A stretch of DNA of 64,000 nt from Syntrophales bacterium. Its GTDB lineage: Bacteria > Desulfobacterota > Syntrophia > Syntrophales > UBA2210. Both the position numbers and the translations under genes were made by a program. The notes under the pieces are model-generated. The model was not told where the DNA came from. It saw only the letters and a list, made by a program, of their open reading frames with translations, and searched no databases. The first letter of the stretch is position 1. Each line of letters starts with the position of its first letter. The stretch spans positions 416,001 to 480,000 of the forward strand of contig CAXXKT010000003.1 of the NCBI GenBank assembly GCA_963662405.2. The letters run 5' to 3'. Below, piece after piece: positions 18,542 through 28,168 of the stretch.

Positions 18542-18569
18542 TGAAACAATGCCTACGGTTCATCCGCTT
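18542..18569 (+). promoter_or_regulatory. Candidate alternative-sigma promoter TGAAACAAT-N12-TCCGCTT (copy 2)
   Basis: Matches 15368..15395; lies upstream of primase-xis-integrase. Confidence 0.6.
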
Positions 18570-18620
18570 CATAGGTAAAGACCTTTGACGAACAAGGGAA
18601 TCTGACCGGTGAGGCTACCT

Positions 18621-19631
18621 ATGAAATCCGTTAGCCACAAAAGAACGACTGCATCAAAGATCGGTCTTTTTCGATCAGTCTTTTCCGGTTTGCCCCATGT
18701 CTATGGAACATATGATGTTGATACAAAACGTTCCTGGCAAGTAAAGGAATCGGTAACGGCCAGGACTATCCTTGATCATCTCAAGGGCAATAAACATTTC
18801 GGCCTCTATCTGCTTGTTAACGACACTATCTGGGCCATTGCAGCCGATTTCGATCACCATGACCCGACAACCCCTTTAGACTTTATCAGGAAAGCCGGGC
18901 ATTATCGATTGCCCGCCTACCTCGAGATCAGCAAATCCAAAGGATTCCATGTATGGATATTTTTCCAGGAAGGTGGGGTCAAGGCATACAAAGCCCGGTT
19001 AGTGGTGAAGGCCATTCTTGAAGAAATAAAAGCCGTCGACACAGAAGTATTTCCGAAACAGGACTTTCTTGATTCACTGTCTTCTTACGGCAATTTCATC
19101 TACACTCCCTTATTCGGCCGGCTTGTTCCGGAAGGCAGGACTGTATTTGTCAATGTGGATACCTTGAAAGCCTTTGAAGACCAATGGAAGTTTCTCGCAA
19201 CCATTCAGAAGGTCGATGAAGCCCTTCTGGATGAGGTTATTGATATAAACAACCTCTCACGATCAAATCAAACGGACCTGAAAAAAGTCTCTCTAATAGA
19301 TAGCCCTGTACATTATCATACAGCCCTCCCACCCTGCATTCAGAGCATGCTCCAGAACGGCGTGAGGAGATTCCAGCGCTCCAGTTGCTTCAGATTAGCC
19401 GTGCAACTCAGAAAAACAGGCTTACCTTTTGATGCTACACTCGCGGTTCTCCAGGCCTGGTCACTCAAAAACAAACCGGAAGATGGAAAGCGGATAATTA
19501 CTGCCGAGGAAATCATGGAACAAACATTGTGCGCGTACCGTAAATACTATTCAGCGTATGGATGTGAAACGCCCGAAATGAAACCGTTTTGTCACGAAGA
19601 CTGCCCGGTAAAAAAGAAAATAAGCATTTGA
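18621..19631 (+). CDS. Archaeo-eukaryotic primase/polymerase (TOTE-like AEP) with Cys-rich C-terminal domain
   Basis: AADFD, YLEISKSKGFHVWIFF and EVFPKQ..YGNFIYTPL; C-terminal LPPC..YGC..FC..DC. Confidence 0.8.
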   Translation: MKSVSHKRTTASKIGLFRSVFSGLPHVYGTYDVDTKRSWQVKESVTARTILDHLKGNKHFGLYLLVNDTIWAIAADFDHHDPTTPLDFIRKAGHYRLPAYLEISKSKGFHVWIFFQEGGVKAYKARLVVKAILEEIKAVDTEVFPKQDFLDSLSSYGNFIYTPLFGRLVPEGRTVFVNVDTLKAFEDQWKFLATIQKVDEALLDEVIDINNLSRSNQTDLKKVSLIDSPVHYHTALPPCIQSMLQNGVRRFQRSSCFRLAVQLRKTGLPFDATLAVLQAWSLKNKPEDGKRIITAEEIMEQTLCAYRKYYSAYGCETPEMKPFCHEDCPVKKKISI

Positions 19632-19643
19632 GGAAGAGAGAAC

Positions 19644-20030
19644 ATGGAAGTGGATTTCGATCTTGAAGCAATCTATGGACATTCTATCAGTTCCAAAGAA
19701 CTTGCCAAATTTCTTGGACTTGACCGGCGCACAATAGTTAAGTATGCTGCCTTATGGGGTGGTGTGGAAGTTGCACCCGGCATCTGGCGGTTCTTTGAAA
19801 AGAGAATAGAGGAGGTCCTCAATGCCGAGCAAAGTTTTGAAAAGAGGAACATTGCGATACCGGGCAAATGTAAATGTGCAAGGCCAGAAGAGGCAAAAGT
19901 TGTTTCCAGACGACAGCAAGAAGTCTTATCAGGCGGCTCTCTTTTGGGAAAAAGAAACAAAAATCGAATTGGAGAAGCAGTTATCCCAGATAAATTCGGT
20001 ATCTTTAGCGATAGGACAATGGTCGAATGA
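19644..20030 (+). CDS. Excisionase-like HTH DNA-binding protein
   Basis: SSKELAKFLGLDRRTIVKY..GIWRF is a winged-HTH pattern; lies directly upstream of and overlaps the integrase. Confidence 0.65.
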   Translation: MEVDFDLEAIYGHSISSKELAKFLGLDRRTIVKYAALWGGVEVAPGIWRFFEKRIEEVLNAEQSFEKRNIAIPGKCKCARPEEAKVVSRRQQEVLSGGSLLGKRNKNRIGEAVIPDKFGIFSDRTMVE

Positions 20031-20946
20031 GTACTTGACAGAAGCTGAAAACCGATTTGTCAGAGATACCTTCAAAGAAAAAAAAGCTGCCTTTGCTAAG
20101 TTTTACAAAGATGCAGGCCTACCACGCGAATTTCTCATTCACGATCTCACAATTACAATTTGCAGGAAATTTCTGCTAAAGCAAATGAAGGAGAGATCAG
20201 GCTATGCCGCCAATAAGGACAGAAAAAATCTTGGAGCCGCATGGAGATGGGGCTTTGATAACATGGAGGGATGGCCTAAAGGCGTAAACCCCTTTTTAGC
20301 TATCAAAAAGTTTCCCGAAAAGAGAAACCCGCGATATGTGCCACCTGAAGATGACTTCTGGAAGGTCTATGAACAGGCACAAGGTCAAGACAAAGTCATG
20401 CTGTTAGTATTTCTTCATCTGGCAGCCAGAAGATCTGAGGTATTCCGGATGAAGTGGGCCGATGTTGATTTTAAAAACAACCGCATCTGTCTCTGGACCC
20501 AGAAGCGAATGGGCGGTCATACAGAATATGACTGGCTGCCTATGACGTCTGATCTTCGGAACGCGTTACTGCAGTGGTGGCAAGAACGGCTCATGCAAAC
20601 AGGCGTTGATAAAGAACATGTCTTTATCTGCCTTGCAGAAACTTGCTTTTGCGAAGACTATTACGGAAAGCCCTTTACAGTCAGGCAACATTTTATGGAA
20701 AGCCTGTGTAAGAAGTCGAAAGTAAAACCTTTTGGGTTCCATGGAATAAGACATTTGACTGCATCAATCCTTTACAAGAAAGGCTATCCTTTGGCCGTCA
20801 TCCAAGCGATATTGAGACACGCAAATCCGAATACGACAGCGCGTTACATTCATAGCCTTGGATTAGAGGAAACGAGGGAAGCACTTGAGGAAGGTCTGAA
20901 AGGTCCTGCTGAAGTGATTGAATTTCAGAAAACAAGTATCATATAA
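19822..20946 (+). CDS. Tyrosine recombinase / integrase
   Basis: ARRSEV (R), FHGIRH (HxxR), LRH and TARY (Y) catalytic set; GAGGAGG RBS. Confidence 0.93.
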   Translation: MPSKVLKRGTLRYRANVNVQGQKRQKLFPDDSKKSYQAALFWEKETKIELEKQLSQINSVSLAIGQWSNEYLTEAENRFVRDTFKEKKAAFAKFYKDAGLPREFLIHDLTITICRKFLLKQMKERSGYAANKDRKNLGAAWRWGFDNMEGWPKGVNPFLAIKKFPEKRNPRYVPPEDDFWKVYEQAQGQDKVMLLVFLHLAARRSEVFRMKWADVDFKNNRICLWTQKRMGGHTEYDWLPMTSDLRNALLQWWQERLMQTGVDKEHVFICLAETCFCEDYYGKPFTVRQHFMESLCKKSKVKPFGFHGIRHLTASILYKKGYPLAVIQAILRHANPNTTARYIHSLGLEETREALEEGLKGPAEVIEFQKTSII

Positions 20947-20978
20947 AAAAGCCCTCAGAGGTTACGTCTCTGAAGGCT
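20945..20978 (-). terminator. Intrinsic terminator (minus strand)
   Basis: Stem AGCCCTCAGAG / CTCTGAAGGCT (one G-U pair in the minus transcript) followed by a U-run. Confidence 0.6.
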
Positions 20979-21002
20979 ATGTGTGTCCGGATGTGTGTCC
21001 GG
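20979..21002 (+). repeat. Perfect 12-bp tandem repeat ATGTGTGTCCGG x2 (candidate integrase arm sites)
   Basis: Directly visible between the integrase stop and the tRNA 3' end. Confidence 0.75.
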
Positions 21003-21004
21003 AG

Positions 21005-21046
21005 AAAAATGGCGGTGACTGAATTTTGTAAGTCACCGATTTTATT
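21005..21046. terminator. Hairpin immediately downstream of tRNA-Glu, possibly a bidirectional terminator
   Basis: CGGTGACT / AGTCACCG stem flanked by A- and T-runs. Confidence 0.55.
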
Positions 21047-21121
21047 TGGTAGTCCCACGGGGAATTGAACCCCGGTTTCCGGCGTGAGAGGCCAGCGTCC
21101 TAACCGCTAGACGATGGGACC
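21047..21121 (-). tRNA. tRNA-Glu (anticodon CUC)
   Basis: Reverse complement GGTCCCATCGTCTAGCGGTTAGGACGCTGGCCTCTCACGCCGGAAACCGGGGTTCAATTCCCCGTGGGACTACCA folds as a cloverleaf with encoded CCA. Confidence 0.95.
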
Positions 21122-21124
21122 ATA

Positions 21125-21198
21125 TGGCTGGGGGACCAGGATTCGAACCTGGGTTGCAGATTCCAGAGACCTGAGTCCTACCGCTAGACGATCCCCCA
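21125..21198 (-). tRNA. tRNA-Gln (anticodon CUG)
   Basis: Reverse complement TGGGGGATCGTCTAGCGGTAGGACTCAGGTCTCTGGAATCTGCAACCCAGGTTCGAATCCTGGTCCCCCAGCCA. Confidence 0.95.
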
Positions 21199-21455
21199 AT
21201 GGAACCGTCCCGAACGTGCGGTAACTAGACAAATAGCTCTCAAATGTCAAGTTTATTTTATCACTACCTTGCTCTTTTAAGGGACTTTCTGAATAATTTC
21301 AAGTAAAAAATAGTAGCCGACGAGAGGACTATCCCTGCTTCGGAGGTCCTGCTTGATAGTTTGCCACGGAGGATAGTTGTAAAATTTCCTTGACACTCAA
21401 CCGATTTTGTAATTATGTTTCATTCTTTTTTTAGTTAGTCATAAGCAGGTGCGTT

Positions 21456-21992
21456 TTGCAGATCACTATCTCGAACATCCCTGAAGAGGGGGTGCATCTT
21501 CAGTTCTCTCGAAGTGGAGAGTGGTTTGACCGGTTGCTGCCGGTGGGTGATGACTGCGGTTTACATGTTCGGAAGATCGATGTGCAGTGTCGGGTTGAAA
21601 AGGTCTTGAAAAATGTCTCTGTGAAAGGCAGAATCGAGGCCGAAGGTGGACTCGACTGCTCAAGATGCCTGGAGCCGTTTGATTTTCCCGTAGATGTTGC
21701 ATTCCAGTACATCTTGACGCCGGTGGAAGAACGGGAAGACGATGAGCTGGAATTAACCTATGATGATCTGGAGTACAGTCACTACAACGGCGATACCATT
21801 GACCTGGGAGAGCTTGTCGTCGAGCAGATTCTACTCCAGGTTCCCATTAAGCCCCTGTGCGACGATTCCTGTAAGGGGCTGTGCTCGGTCTGTGGAATCA
21901 ATCTGAATAAAGAGTCGTGTGATCATACAGTGGAGCAGGTGAGAGCTCCGTTTGCTGCTTTGAAAAATTTTAAGGTGAAAAAGGAAAGGTAA
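21456..21992 (+). CDS. yceD: DUF177/YceD family protein
   Basis: CSRCLE and PIKPLCDDSCKGLCSVCGINLN motifs; upstream of rpmF. Confidence 0.92.
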   Translation: MQITISNIPEEGVHLQFSRSGEWFDRLLPVGDDCGLHVRKIDVQCRVEKVLKNVSVKGRIEAEGGLDCSRCLEPFDFPVDVAFQYILTPVEEREDDELELTYDDLEYSHYNGDTIDLGELVVEQILLQVPIKPLCDDSCKGLCSVCGINLNKESCDHTVEQVRAPFAALKNFKVKKER

Positions 21993-22000
21993 TCAGTACC

Positions 22001-22177
22001 ATGGCAAATCCAACCAATAGGCATTCAAGAACAAGGAGAAACAAACGGAGGTCTCACGACGCACTTGCGTCTGTTACCACCTCCATATGTCCGCAGTGCA
22101 GCGAACCGAAGCTGCCCCACCGCGCGTGCCCCCATTGCGGTTTCTACAAGGGGCGTGAAGTCATCTCCGTCGAATAG
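22001..22177 (+). CDS. rpmF: 50S ribosomal protein L32
   Basis: Not in the ORF track; translates MANPTNRHSRTRRNKRRSHDAL...CPQCSEPKLPHRACPHCGFYKGREV. Confidence 0.95.
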   Translation: MANPTNRHSRTRRNKRRSHDALASVTTSICPQCSEPKLPHRACPHCGFYKGREVISVE

Positions 22178-22213
22178 ATATACCTAAAATCCGTGCCCTG
22201 AGGGCGAAAGAGT

Positions 22214-23167
22214 ATGGATAATATAGGTGTCGTTTTCCCGGGTCAGGGTTCACAATACGTAGGGATGGGCGGGGACCTGTACGAAAAGTTTCCTGTGGTA
22301 CGGGAGGTTTTTGATCAGGCAACGGAAGCCCTCGGTACCGACATTGCCCGGCTTTGTTTCGATGGTCCGCAGGAGGTCCTTGATCTGACGCCGAATACCC
22401 AGACGGCTATTTTAACCGTCGACGTTGCCTTCTACCGGGTCTTTGAGAGTGTTATAGGGTTGACACCTGCGGTTGTTGTTGGGCACAGTTTGGGTGAGTA
22501 TGCCGCGCTCTGCGCCGCCGGGGCCCTTGATTTCTCTGATGCGGTCAGTCTGGTGTATGCGCGCGGACGGTATCAGCAGGAAGCGGTTCCTCCGGGAGAA
22601 GGGTGCATGGCGGCCGTTGTTGGCCTCGACAGGGGAGCCGTCGAAGCCTTATGCCGGGCGGTGAGCGGGAGTGGTGGAATCGTCGAGGTGGCGAATGACA
22701 ACAGTCCCGGCCAGTTTGTCATCTCCGGAAATACTGCGGCGGTGGAGCGTGCCATGGAACGTGCCAAGGGGGCGGGTGCCCGGATGGTAGTCAAGCTTCC
22801 CATCAGTGTGCCTTGTCACTGCAGTCTTCTTGACGGGGCGGCGCAGAGACTGAACAGATATCTCGGTATGATCCCCATACACGACTGCCGGATCCCGGTT
22901 ATCCCGAACTGTGATCCGGAAGCCCTGCATTCGGAAGCTACGACAAAAAAACTCCTGGTCCGGCAGTTCAGCGCGCCTGTCCGATGGCAGGAAACGGTCC
23001 GGCGCATATCCCGAATGGGGGTGCAGGCGGTTGTCGAGATAGGGCCGAAGAAGAAATTGTCTGGTCTTATCAAAAGGATAGAACGAGGTATCAAAACCCT
23101 CAACATAGAAGACACCGTCTCCCTGGATTCGACGGCCGAATTTTTCGATAGGAGCAGGGCGGTATAG
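22214..23167 (+). CDS. fabD: Malonyl-CoA:ACP transacylase
   Basis: FPGQGSQ and GHSLGEY motifs. Confidence 0.95.
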   Translation: MDNIGVVFPGQGSQYVGMGGDLYEKFPVVREVFDQATEALGTDIARLCFDGPQEVLDLTPNTQTAILTVDVAFYRVFESVIGLTPAVVVGHSLGEYAALCAAGALDFSDAVSLVYARGRYQQEAVPPGEGCMAAVVGLDRGAVEALCRAVSGSGGIVEVANDNSPGQFVISGNTAAVERAMERAKGAGARMVVKLPISVPCHCSLLDGAAQRLNRYLGMIPIHDCRIPVIPNCDPEALHSEATTKKLLVRQFSAPVRWQETVRRISRMGVQAVVEIGPKKKLSGLIKRIERGIKTLNIEDTVSLDSTAEFFDRSRAV

Positions 23168-23200
23168 AAACCGGTGTCGCTCGTGATACAATCTTGGGTT

Positions 23201-23968
23201 ATGCAGATGGAAAAGCCGATGAAAACATCTCTGGCGGGAAAGACGGCTTTAGTCACCGGGGGATCGAGGGGTATCGGAAGGGCTGTCGTTTTGGAGCTTG
23301 CTCGCCTGGGGGCCTTTGTTTGCATCAATTATGCCCGCAATGAGACGGCGGCCCGCGATGCCCTGAACGTTGTGCGGGATCAGGGGGGACGGGGGATGCT
23401 TGCCCGGTGTGATGTGTCGAATTTCGATGCCGTTCAGGATATCGTGAAGCGTATCGTCGATGAGACGGGACGAATCGATATCCTGATCAATAACGCCGGC
23501 ATTACTCAGAACGGTCTCTTTGTCAGGATGAAACCCGAGGCATGGAGCAGTGTTATTGATATCAATCTGACCGGGACGTTCAACTGCAGCCGGGCGGTAA
23601 CCCGTTATATGATGAAACAGAAGTGGGGGCGGGTTATTAATATGACATCCGTGGTGGCCCTCGCGGGCAATGCCGGGCAGGTGCCATACGCTGCATCAAA
23701 GGCGGGGATTGTCGGGCTTACCAAATCCCTGGCGCAGGAGCTTGGCCCGAGGAATATTTGCGTGAACGCCGTCGCACCCGGTCTTATCGAAACCGACATG
23801 ACCGGATCGATGGAGGATACGATGAGGGGGGAAGTACTAAACCGGATCCCGCTGGGGAGAGCGGGAAGACCTGGCGATGTCGCCGGTGTCGTGGGATTTC
23901 TGGTTTCCGGGAAGGCCGACTACATAACGGGACAGGTGATACAGGTCAACGGCGGGCTGTATATGTGA
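23201..23968 (+). CDS. fabG: 3-oxoacyl-ACP reductase
   Basis: TGGSRGIG, NNAG and YAASK; start uncertain (23174-23220). Confidence 0.93.
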   Translation: MQMEKPMKTSLAGKTALVTGGSRGIGRAVVLELARLGAFVCINYARNETAARDALNVVRDQGGRGMLARCDVSNFDAVQDIVKRIVDETGRIDILINNAGITQNGLFVRMKPEAWSSVIDINLTGTFNCSRAVTRYMMKQKWGRVINMTSVVALAGNAGQVPYAASKAGIVGLTKSLAQELGPRNICVNAVAPGLIETDMTGSMEDTMRGEVLNRIPLGRAGRPGDVAGVVGFLVSGKADYITGQVIQVNGGLYM

Positions 23969-24006
23969 CGCAGGCTGCAATCTGAACAGACGAAGGAGGA
24001 AACGGA

Positions 24007-24246
24007 ATGACCGCGAATCTTGACGAAAAAATCAAGGCTATTATTATTGAACAATTGGATATCACAGAGGAAGAGTGCATTCCTGCTGCTGCGTTTATCG
24101 ATGACCTCGGGGCCGATTCCCTCGACATAGTGGAACTGATTATGGCGATGGAGGATCACTTCGGGCTGGAGATATCGGATGACGATCTGGAAAAGATCCG
24201 AACCGTCAAGGATATCACCGATTACATCAAGGAAAGAATATCATAG
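24007..24246 (+). CDS. acpP: Acyl carrier protein
   Basis: DLGADSLD motif. Confidence 0.96.
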   Translation: MTANLDEKIKAIIIEQLDITEEECIPAAAFIDDLGADSLDIVELIMAMEDHFGLEISDDDLEKIRTVKDITDYIKERIS

Positions 24247-24248
24247 GT

Positions 24249-25496
24249 ATGATATCAAAACGGAGGGTTGCCATAACAGGCCTCGGAATTGTGAGCCCTC
24301 TCGGTAATTGCCTGGAGGATACCTGGGAGGGAATCTGTTCCGGACGATCCGGTGTCGCGGAGATTACCCGGTTCGACACCGCCGGTTTCAAGACCCGAAT
24401 TGCGGCTGAGGTCAAGGGATTTGATGCCCGAGCCTTTGTCGATGCCAAAGAGTTTCGCAGACTGGATGACTTTATCATCTATGCCCTTGCCGCCTCGGAG
24501 ATGGCACTGCACGATGCCGGCCTGGTGATAGGCGATAGAAATGCCGAGCGGGTCGGGGTGATCCTGGGGTCCGCAATCGGGGGGTTGACGACTATCGAAA
24601 AGGAGAAGGAAATCCTCCTCAATCAGGGGCCGGGGAAAATCTCCCCCTTTACCGTTCCGGCGATATTGGCCAATCTGGCGGGGGGGCAGGTATCCATTCG
24701 TTTTGGTGCCAAGGGGCCCATCAACTGTTCCGTCACGGCGTGTGCCGCCGGGAACAGTGCCATCACCGATTCGTTTCGGACGATAGCCGGTGGATACGCG
24801 GACGCGATGATCACCGGCGGTACGGACGCGGCCATTGCGCCCTTGGCCGTTGCGGCATTCGGAGCCATGAGAGCGATATCGACACGAAACGATGAGCCGC
24901 AGCGGGCGAGTCGCCCCTTTGATAATGAGAGAGACGGGTTTGTCATCGGCGAGGGGTGCGGTGTCATCATTCTCGAAGAGATGTCGTGTGCCCTCGATCG
25001 GGGAGCCCGCATCTATGCCGAACTCGTGGGAGCAGCCTCGACATCCGATGCCTTTCACATGGCGGCGCCTCCCCCCGGACATGACGGGGCCGTGAGGTGT
25101 ATGCGGCTCGCCCTCCAGGATGCTGGTATGAAACCCGCGGATATCGATTATATCAACACGCACGGTACCTCTACCCCCCTGAACGACAGCGCTGAAACGT
25201 TAGCGATCAAGGAGGTCTTCGGCGAGCACAGTTCCACGGTCGCGATCAGCTCGACCAAATCGATGACAGGTCACATGCTGGGGGCTGCGGGAGGGGCCGA
25301 GGCCATCTTCTCGATCAAGGCCCTCCGGGAAGGGGTGATTCCGCCGACGATCAACCTGGATCATCCCGATCCGGTGTGCGATCTGGATTATACGCCGCAC
25401 CGGGCAATACGCAGGGAGATCAAGACCGCCATGTCGAACGCCTTCGGGTTCGGCGGGGTCAATTCAGTTTTGATATTCAAGAGGTTTGAAGGTTGA
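24249..25496 (+). CDS. fabF: Beta-ketoacyl-ACP synthase II
   Basis: TACAAG, HGTST and GHMLGAAG. Confidence 0.95.
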   Translation: MISKRRVAITGLGIVSPLGNCLEDTWEGICSGRSGVAEITRFDTAGFKTRIAAEVKGFDARAFVDAKEFRRLDDFIIYALAASEMALHDAGLVIGDRNAERVGVILGSAIGGLTTIEKEKEILLNQGPGKISPFTVPAILANLAGGQVSIRFGAKGPINCSVTACAAGNSAITDSFRTIAGGYADAMITGGTDAAIAPLAVAAFGAMRAISTRNDEPQRASRPFDNERDGFVIGEGCGVIILEEMSCALDRGARIYAELVGAASTSDAFHMAAPPPGHDGAVRCMRLALQDAGMKPADIDYINTHGTSTPLNDSAETLAIKEVFGEHSSTVAISSTKSMTGHMLGAAGGAEAIFSIKALREGVIPPTINLDHPDPVCDLDYTPHRAIRREIKTAMSNAFGFGGVNSVLIFKRFEG

Positions 25497-25942
25497 AAGA
25501 CGCTATTCTGAAGATTATCATCGGTTCCGATCATGCCGGGTTCGCCTTGAAGGAGGAACTGAAGAAGGCCGTTGCCGGGATGAAGGATATCGGTACCGAC
25601 GGCGAGGATTCGGTAGATTATCCCGATTTTGGTGCCCGGGTGGCCCGCGCGGTCTCATCGGGGGCCTTTGAGCGGGGGATCCTGGTCTGCGGTTCCGGTG
25701 TGGGAATGTCGATTGTTGCAAATAAATTCGCCGGTGTCAGGGCGGCCCTCTGTACGGACGTAGAAACGGCCCGCCTGAGCAGGATGCATAACGACGCCAA
25801 CGTCCTCGTTCTTGCCGGTCGGCGCACCGATACGAAAACAGCCGTGGCTATCGCGGAGGTGTGGCTGGCGACCCCTTTCGAAGGAGGGCGACACGAACGG
25901 AGGATCGATAAGATACGGAAAATTGAGGAGGAATTAAGATAA
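25493..25942 (+). CDS. rpiB: Ribose-5-phosphate isomerase B
   Basis: GSDHAG, CGSGVG, HNDANVL and FEGGRH. Confidence 0.95.
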   Translation: MKDAILKIIIGSDHAGFALKEELKKAVAGMKDIGTDGEDSVDYPDFGARVARAVSSGAFERGILVCGSGVGMSIVANKFAGVRAALCTDVETARLSRMHNDANVLVLAGRRTDTKTAVAIAEVWLATPFEGGRHERRIDKIRKIEEELR

Positions 25943-27186
25943 TGTCCATATTGCAGAAAACGGATCCGGAAATCGCCCGGGCCATAAGTGATGAAACAGG
26001 GCGACAGGCCGGCAAGCTCGAACTGATTGCATCGGAAAATTTCGTAAGCGAGGCGGTCCTCGAGGCCCAGGGTTGTATCATGACGAACAAGTATGCGGAG
26101 GGATACCCCGGGAAGCGATATTACGGTGGATGCGAATTTGTAGACGTCGCCGAGACCCTCGCCAGGGAGCGGGCAAAGAAACTTTTCGGTGCCGATCATG
26201 TCAACGTCCAGCCCCATTCCGGGAGCCAGGCGAATATGGCGGTGTATTTCGCCACCATCCAGCCCGGCGATACGATTCTGGGAATGAATCTCTCTCACGG
26301 TGGTCACCTGACCCACGGAAGCCCCGTCAACTTTTCGGGGAGGCTCTACAATGTCGTTTCGTACGGCGTGGACAGGGAGACGGAGACCATCGACTTCAAC
26401 GAGGTCGAGGCCCAGGCCAAAAAACACAGGCCCAAGATTATCGTCGTCGGTGCGAGTGCCTATCCACGAACAATTGATTTCCAGTCCTTCCGTGAGATAG
26501 CGGACAAGGTCGGAGCGGTTATCATGTCTGATATCGCACACATAGCCGGTCTGGTCGCCGTCGGTTTGCATCCCTCCCCTGTCCCGGTCTGTGAGTTTGT
26601 CACGACGACGACCCACAAGACGCTTCGCGGCCCGCGGGGCGGCATGATCATGTGCAAGGATGAATATGCCAAGGTGCTGGACAGTCGCATTTTCCCCGGG
26701 AGCCAGGGGGGACCGCTGATGCATGTCATTGCGGCCAAGGCGGTGGCCTTTAAGGAGGCCCTCGAACCGGGATTTAAGGAATACCAGACCCAGATCCTGA
26801 AAAACGCTACCGCCCTGGCGGAGACGCTGATGGAAGGGGGGGTCCGTCTCGTTTCGGGAGGGACCGATAACCACCTGATCCTGATCGATCTGACCGATAA
26901 GGGGGTCACGGGAAAAGAGGTTGAAGCGGCGCTTGATCGGGCGGGAATCACCACGAACAAGAACGGCATTCCCTTTGACACCCAGGGGCCCATGGTTACC
27001 AGCGGGATACGACTCGGGACCCCGGCCCTGACGACGCGGGGGATGAAAGAAGGGGAGATGGAAACGATCGGGCGCCTTATCACCTCGATCGTTAACGATG
27101 TCACCAATGAAGACCTCATCGGGAAGGTGAGGGAAGAGGTGACGGCCCTGTGTGAGGCATTCCCTCTGTATCGGGATCGCCTGTAG
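25942..27186 (+). CDS. glyA: Serine hydroxymethyltransferase
   Basis: [14 protein letters not shown] and [14 protein letters not shown]. Confidence 0.97.
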   Translation: MSILQKTDPEIARAISDETGRQAGKLELIASENFVSEAVLEAQGCIMTNKYAEGYPGKRYYGGCEFVDVAETLARERAKKLFGADHVNVQPHSGSQANMAVYFATIQPGDTILGMNLSHGGHLTHGSPVNFSGRLYNVVSYGVDRETETIDFNEVEAQAKKHRPKIIVVGASAYPRTIDFQSFREIADKVGAVIMSDIAHIAGLVAVGLHPSPVPVCEFVTTTTHKTLRGPRGGMIMCKDEYAKVLDSRIFPGSQGGPLMHVIAAKAVAFKEALEPGFKEYQTQILKNATALAETLMEGGVRLVSGGTDNHLILIDLTDKGVTGKEVEAALDRAGITTNKNGIPFDTQGPMVTSGIRLGTPALTTRGMKEGEMETIGRLITSIVNDVTNEDLIGKVREEVTALCEAFPLYRDRL

Positions 27187-27254
27187 GATAACCGTTGTTT
27201 CCTCATATTTCCGCCGTGACTATGAGAGAATGACGGCACAAGGAACGGCGAACA

Positions 27255-27713
27255 ATGAAATCTGAAGTGCGGATCGAACGTCCCTCGTGGGATCAGTATT
27301 TCATGGATATCGTGGAGTTGATTTCGAAGCGCTCCACCTGTCTGCGACGGAAGGTCGGCGCCATCCTGGTGAGGGATAAACGGATACTGGCGACGGGATA
27401 CAACGGTCCGCCGGCGGGGATCACCCACTGCTCGGAAGTCGGGTGTTTGCGGGACGAACTGAACGTTCCCTCGGGCCAGCGGCATGAGCTGTGCCGCGGG
27501 CTTCATGCCGAACAGAACGCTATTATCCAGGCCGCGCTCCATGGGGTGAGTACAAAGGGGGCGACGATCTACTGTACCAATCACCCCTGTATCATATGTG
27601 CCAAGATGATCATCAATTCAGGGATCGATTCCTTCGTCTACAAGGAGAAGTATCAGGACGAACTTGCCCGGGAGATGCTTCGGGAGGCGGGCGTAGAGGG
27701 GAGAATGTTATGA
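27255..27713 (+). CDS. dCMP/cytidine deaminase family protein
   Basis: HAEQNA and PCIIC zinc motifs. Confidence 0.92.
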   Translation: MKSEVRIERPSWDQYFMDIVELISKRSTCLRRKVGAILVRDKRILATGYNGPPAGITHCSEVGCLRDELNVPSGQRHELCRGLHAEQNAIIQAALHGVSTKGATIYCTNHPCIICAKMIINSGIDSFVYKEKYQDELAREMLREAGVEGRML

Positions 27714-28168
27714 ACTGTCCTTTCTGTTCAAACGGGGAGAACAAGGTGATTGACTCGCGCATCAGCAGAGACGGCACCGCGATACGGCGGAGGAGAGAGT
27801 GCCTGAATTGCAAGAAACGTTTCACCACGTACGAATATGTGGAGGATGTTATCCCTGTTGTCGTCAAAAAGGACGGCAGAAGGGAAGAGTTTGATCGAAC
27901 AAAGATCTTCGTGGGGTTGAAGAAGGCATGTGAGAAACGCCCGATCAGCATAGAAGCCATAGAGGGTGCGGTTGACAGGATCGAGCAGGAGTGTCAGGAA
28001 CTCCAGATGAAAGAGATTCCCACAAGTGTCATCGGCGAAAAGATCATGACGGTTCTCCATGATCTCGATGCGGTTGCCTATGTCAGGTTTGCCTCCGTGT
28101 ACCGCGAGTTTCGGGATGTGAATGAATTTATGGAAGAATTGAAGGGGTTTCTTAAAAAGGACGGCTGA
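27710..28168 (+). CDS. nrdR: Transcriptional repressor NrdR
   Basis: [21 protein letters not shown] and AYVRFASVY; true start is the ATG at 27710. Confidence 0.96.
   Translation: MNCPFCSNGENKVIDSRISRDGTAIRRRRECLNCKKRFTTYEYVEDVIPVVVKKDGRREEFDRTKIFVGLKKACEKRPISIEAIEGAVDRIEQECQELQMKEIPTSVIGEKIMTVLHDLDAVAYVRFASVYREFRDVNEFMEELKGFLKKDG

Larger units (their letters stand above)
1710..21046. mobile_element. Integrative element / genomic island at tRNA-Glu (left boundary not defined; may extend beyond the window)
   Basis: Tyrosine integrase ends about 100 bp from the tRNA-Glu 3' end; xis-like HTH, primase-polymerase, coupling-type ATPase, hypotheticals and defence-like cargo; housekeeping genes resume immediately after the tRNAs. 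Confidence 0.85.

Noticed and set aside
1710..21046. Calling the island a tailed prophage or classical ICE
   Set aside because: No terminase, portal, capsid, tail, relaxase or VirB4 recognisable in the window.
27491..27709. N-terminal extension of NrdR in the ORF track
   Set aside because: Overlaps the deaminase gene; the canonical MNCPFC start is at 27710.
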